Part shown: in pieces, positions 61,090-64,000 of the stretch
Numbering within the stretch: position 1 is the first letter of the stretch
How the letters are laid out: each line of letters starts with the position of its first letter
Assembly (NCBI GenBank): GCA_963716175.1
Contig: OY970296.1
Coordinates: 1,920,001 to 1,984,000, forward strand
Reading direction: 5' to 3'
Origin: an uncultured Armatimonadetes bacterium
Lineage (GTDB): Bacteria; Armatimonadota; Hebobacteria; Hebobacterales; Hebobacteraceae
DNA length: 64,000 nt
The notes under the pieces: model-generated
The model's database searches: none
Told to the model about the DNA's origin: nothing
The model's input: only the letters and a program-made list of their open reading frames with translations
Made by a program: the position numbers and the translations under genes

Positions 61090-62730
61090 ATGAGATGCGC
61101 TCGACTGGGTCTGAGCCTCCTCTTCGTGCTCGCCATCGTGCCGCTAGGTGCATTCGGCGAGGGCACGAGTCCGCCGCCTGGTCTGCCACTGCCCAGCACC
61201 GGGCTGGTGCTCGATCAGAAGCTCACCGTCGGCGACATCACTGTCAGTTATCCCCAGGGCCTGGAGTCGCAGGCGAAGGAGCTTGCTGACATCTGCCAGC
61301 AGGTCATCCCACCTCGCAAAGCGAGGTACCTTGTCGCGGCGCGGGCGTTCTCCGATGAGAAGGCGATAGCACAGCGGGTGGTCGATCTACTCGGTTGCGC
61401 GGACTGCACCGACTCCACCTATCGCGCGCTCTCTCGACTCGCGCAGGACAGCGGGGCCCTGGTTGACACCCTGTTCCTGCCGATGCTCAGCGACGTGCGG
61501 ATCTACCGCGAGGCCGACCTCAGGATCCCCGGCGGCCTACACACCGGTGTGGTGGACTTGGTCTACGACCCGAGTGCGGACCGATTCATGTTCAGCATGG
61601 GCGCTCGGATCACCGGTGAGGGGGCCAGGGCGCCCGCCGGCAAGGGGTTTATGCCAGTCATCGTGAGGGACGACGGCACGTTCAGAAGCGCAGCAGGACT
61701 TGGCCCCGCGGAGGACCTCGCGGGAAAACTGGATGAGACCGCGGTGAGTGGGGCGATTGTGACCCGCGCCGCGCTTATCCACGAAGAGGCAGAGATCGTG
61801 CTGGGGGTTTCGGGCTTCGACCATCCCTTCGCGCGATGGTTCAACGAAGGGGTCGCCAACTGGGTGGCGCTCCAGGTCGTCGCTCAGGTTGCGCCGGAGT
61901 ATCTGCAGCTCTGCCGGGAGCACTTCCTTCCAGGGCGAGAGGCGGACCCATTGCGAGAGAGGATCAACCTGCTCGCCTGGACACAGCTCAGCTATGGGAG
62001 AGGGTTCGTCGTCGCCGGGGATAGCGGTCTGGACGAGGCGCACTACCCCTATGCTACCGAGTTGGTCGAGCGTCTTCTCGATCGGCAGCCACCAGGCACC
62101 CTTGCCAGGGTGGTGGCAAGGGTGAAGGGATCACAATCGCCCGATAGTGATGCCATCTGCCAGGCGTTTCGAGAGGTCACGGGCAAGGATGCCAGGAGTA
62201 TGCTGCTCGAATACGTGCCGACACATGTCCGGGACGGCCTCGCGCAGGGCCTACCCAGCACGAAGCTGCAAGAAGGCTACGCGGCGCTCTCGGCAGACCA
62301 GCTCCCTCAGGCTGCCGCGCGACTCAAGGAGGCGCTTGAGATGAGCCCGTCTGACCCCGACGCACACCTCAACCTGGCGATCATCATGCGCAGGGCCTTA
62401 CGCGGGCCTCAGGTGCCAGACCCAGGGACTGAGCAGCGGCGATGGCAGGAATCGCAGCGCCATATCGCTATCGCTGCCGTGCTCACCAAGCGCGATGCGA
62501 GCCGCCAGTTCCAGATCCATGGGCCAGTTGACGATGAGGCGCGGTACGCGCTTGGCCGGGCGGAGCAGTTCCGGGGACGCACAGAAGAGGCGAAGCGGAT
62601 GCTCTCGAACCTGCCCAAGGACCACCAGGACGCGCAGGCAGCGCTGAGGGAGATCGCAGAGGAGGAGAGGGCGCCCGCGCCGAGCCCGGCGGGCCCTGCG
62701 ACTGAGCCGGCGGCGGGGGACCAGCGATGA
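61090..62730 (+). CDS. Secreted gluzincin-like (HEEAE...WFNEG) protein with TPR tail
   Basis: Signal peptide; IHEEAE, RWFNEGVA; ALEMSPSDPDAHLNLA. Confidence 0.6.
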   Translation: MRCARLGLSLLFVLAIVPLGAFGEGTSPPPGLPLPSTGLVLDQKLTVGDITVSYPQGLESQAKELADICQQVIPPRKARYLVAARAFSDEKAIAQRVVDLLGCADCTDSTYRALSRLAQDSGALVDTLFLPMLSDVRIYREADLRIPGGLHTGVVDLVYDPSADRFMFSMGARITGEGARAPAGKGFMPVIVRDDGTFRSAAGLGPAEDLAGKLDETAVSGAIVTRAALIHEEAEIVLGVSGFDHPFARWFNEGVANWVALQVVAQVAPEYLQLCREHFLPGREADPLRERINLLAWTQLSYGRGFVVAGDSGLDEAHYPYATELVERLLDRQPPGTLARVVARVKGSQSPDSDAICQAFREVTGKDARSMLLEYVPTHVRDGLAQGLPSTKLQEGYAALSADQLPQAAARLKEALEMSPSDPDAHLNLAIIMRRALRGPQVPDPGTEQRRWQESQRHIAIAAVLTKRDASRQFQIHGPVDDEARYALGRAEQFRGRTEEAKRMLSNLPKDHQDAQAALREIAEEERAPAPSPAGPATEPAAGDQR

Positions 62731-64000
62731 GGTGGGCAACGGGGATTCCGGGCTTCGCGGTTCTTGCGGGGCTGGCCGGTCTCCAGCCCGCCGTCGCGGC
62801 GGCCGATGTTGGCACCAGACTCCTGGCGAGCGAAACCTGCCTGTCGAAGCTGCCACCCGGCCTCTCCCAACTGGCTATCAGCCCAGATGCCCGTCGTGTC
62901 GCATATGTCCTCCATCAGGGAAGCGGATCGGTAGTAACAGTGGATGGCCGGGCCGGAAGGCGCTATCAGGACGTCCGCGGCCTGGCCTTCAGCCCCGATA
63001 GCAGGCGGCTCGCCTTCGCCGCGAGGAAACGGGTGAAGTGGCTAGTCGTGGCCGACGGGGTCGAAAGCAGGAGCTACGACGATGTCTCCGATCCCCGTTT
63101 CAGCCCAGACAGCAGGCGGCTGATGTTCGAGGTCGGTCGCGGCGGAACCATTGGGCAATCCACTCCCTGGTGGGAGGTGGACAGGAAGAAAGGCCGGGCG
63201 GGGAGGTACCGGCTGGTGGTGAACGGCGTCGAGAGCCGGACCTACGACTGGATCGGCTACTGGGGTGACGTCTTCACCGATAGAGGAGTGGCCTACTGGG
63301 CCAGGAGCGGCCGCAGGCACGTGGTCGTCGTGAACGGTCGGGCGGGCAGGCAGTACGATTGGATCTGGGGGCCATACCTGAGCCCGGACGGCAGACGCAT
63401 AGCATATGTCGGCTCGCAGCGTGAGGGTGCAGATCTCCGCTTCTTCGTGGTGGTGGACGGCGTCCGAAGCGGCGCGTACAGCTTCGTTGGCAAGCAGTTC
63501 TTCGCGTTCAGTCCTGACAGTGAGCACTACGCCTACCTGGCTTACCGCGGCGGCGAACTGGTGATTGTGGCAGACGGCCGGGAACAGATGCTGGGGCCGC
63601 ACTCCCGCGAGAACTTCGCCTATGTGGGTTTCAGCCGAGACGGCAAGCACGTGGCCTACAGCGCGAGAGCATCCGGCGGGGGCCCGTGCGCTGTCGTGCT
63701 CGACGGCAGCGAAGGGAAGGAGTACGACGGGGTCGCGTTCGACAGTCCCCGGTTCAGCCCTGACAGCCGCCGCTTCGCCTACCTTGCCCTGGCCGACCGC
63801 GAATCCTGGGTGGTGGTCGTGGACGGGCAGGAGGGAAAGCACTATGCCGGTGTTGCCGCCGCTTCGCTCGTGTTCTCCCCCAACGGCAGGCACCTTGCCT
63901 ACATCGCGGGCCGCGCCGGGGAGCAGTTCGTAGTCGTTGACGGAGCCGAAGGAAGTGCTTACGACTCCATCGTGAAAGGTTCCCTCCTCTACGCTCCGGA
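62727..64000 (+). CDS. Secreted TolB/WD40-like beta-propeller (runs off window end; absent from the ORF track)
   Basis: ATG overlaps the previous TGA; MRWATGIPGFAVLAG signal; repeated FSPDSRR..AY...VVVDG. Confidence 0.8.
   Translation, partial: MRWATGIPGFAVLAGLAGLQPAVAAADVGTRLLASETCLSKLPPGLSQLAISPDARRVAYVLHQGSGSVVTVDGRAGRRYQDVRGLAFSPDSRRLAFAARKRVKWLVVADGVESRSYDDVSDPRFSPDSRRLMFEVGRGGTIGQSTPWWEVDRKKGRAGRYRLVVNGVESRTYDWIGYWGDVFTDRGVAYWARSGRRHVVVVNGRAGRQYDWIWGPYLSPDGRRIAYVGSQREGADLRFFVVVDGVRSGAYSFVGKQFFAFSPDSEHYAYLAYRGGELVIVADGREQMLGPHSRENFAYVGFSRDGKHVAYSARASGGGPCAVVLDGSEGKEYDGVAFDSPRFSPDSRRFAYLALADRESWVVVVDGQEGKHYAGVAAASLVFSPNGRHLAYIAGRAGEQFVVVDGAEGSAYDSIVKGSLLYAP

Overview
High-GC bacterial accessory region. 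SLH-anchored beta-propellers, a prepilin-type/H-X9-DG (DUF1559-like) protein and many secreted glycoside hydrolases suggest an Armatimonadota-like genome; this is inference. The main signal is a structured intergenic repeat present in about 18 copies between 7.0 and 60.0 kb. Its core is CACCCCCGACTCCGGCTACCCCCTCGGCN(N)GGAGTCA and the full form is about 160 bp. Every copy lies on the + strand, and most intervals between copies hold a single intact gene in either orientation, resembling a cassette array that lacks canonical integron attC boxes. Two copies of a 1293-bp IS481 element sit at the same nucleotide of that repeat. A dead IS3 element and a tyrosine-recombinase remnant are interrupted by three families of tiny (about 19-48 bp) hairpin insertions. 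The window also holds a c-di-GMP-I riboswitch, an IS110/IS1111-type element, a hybrid histidine kinase and many gene fragments. All family names come from motif recognition by eye, not from database searches.
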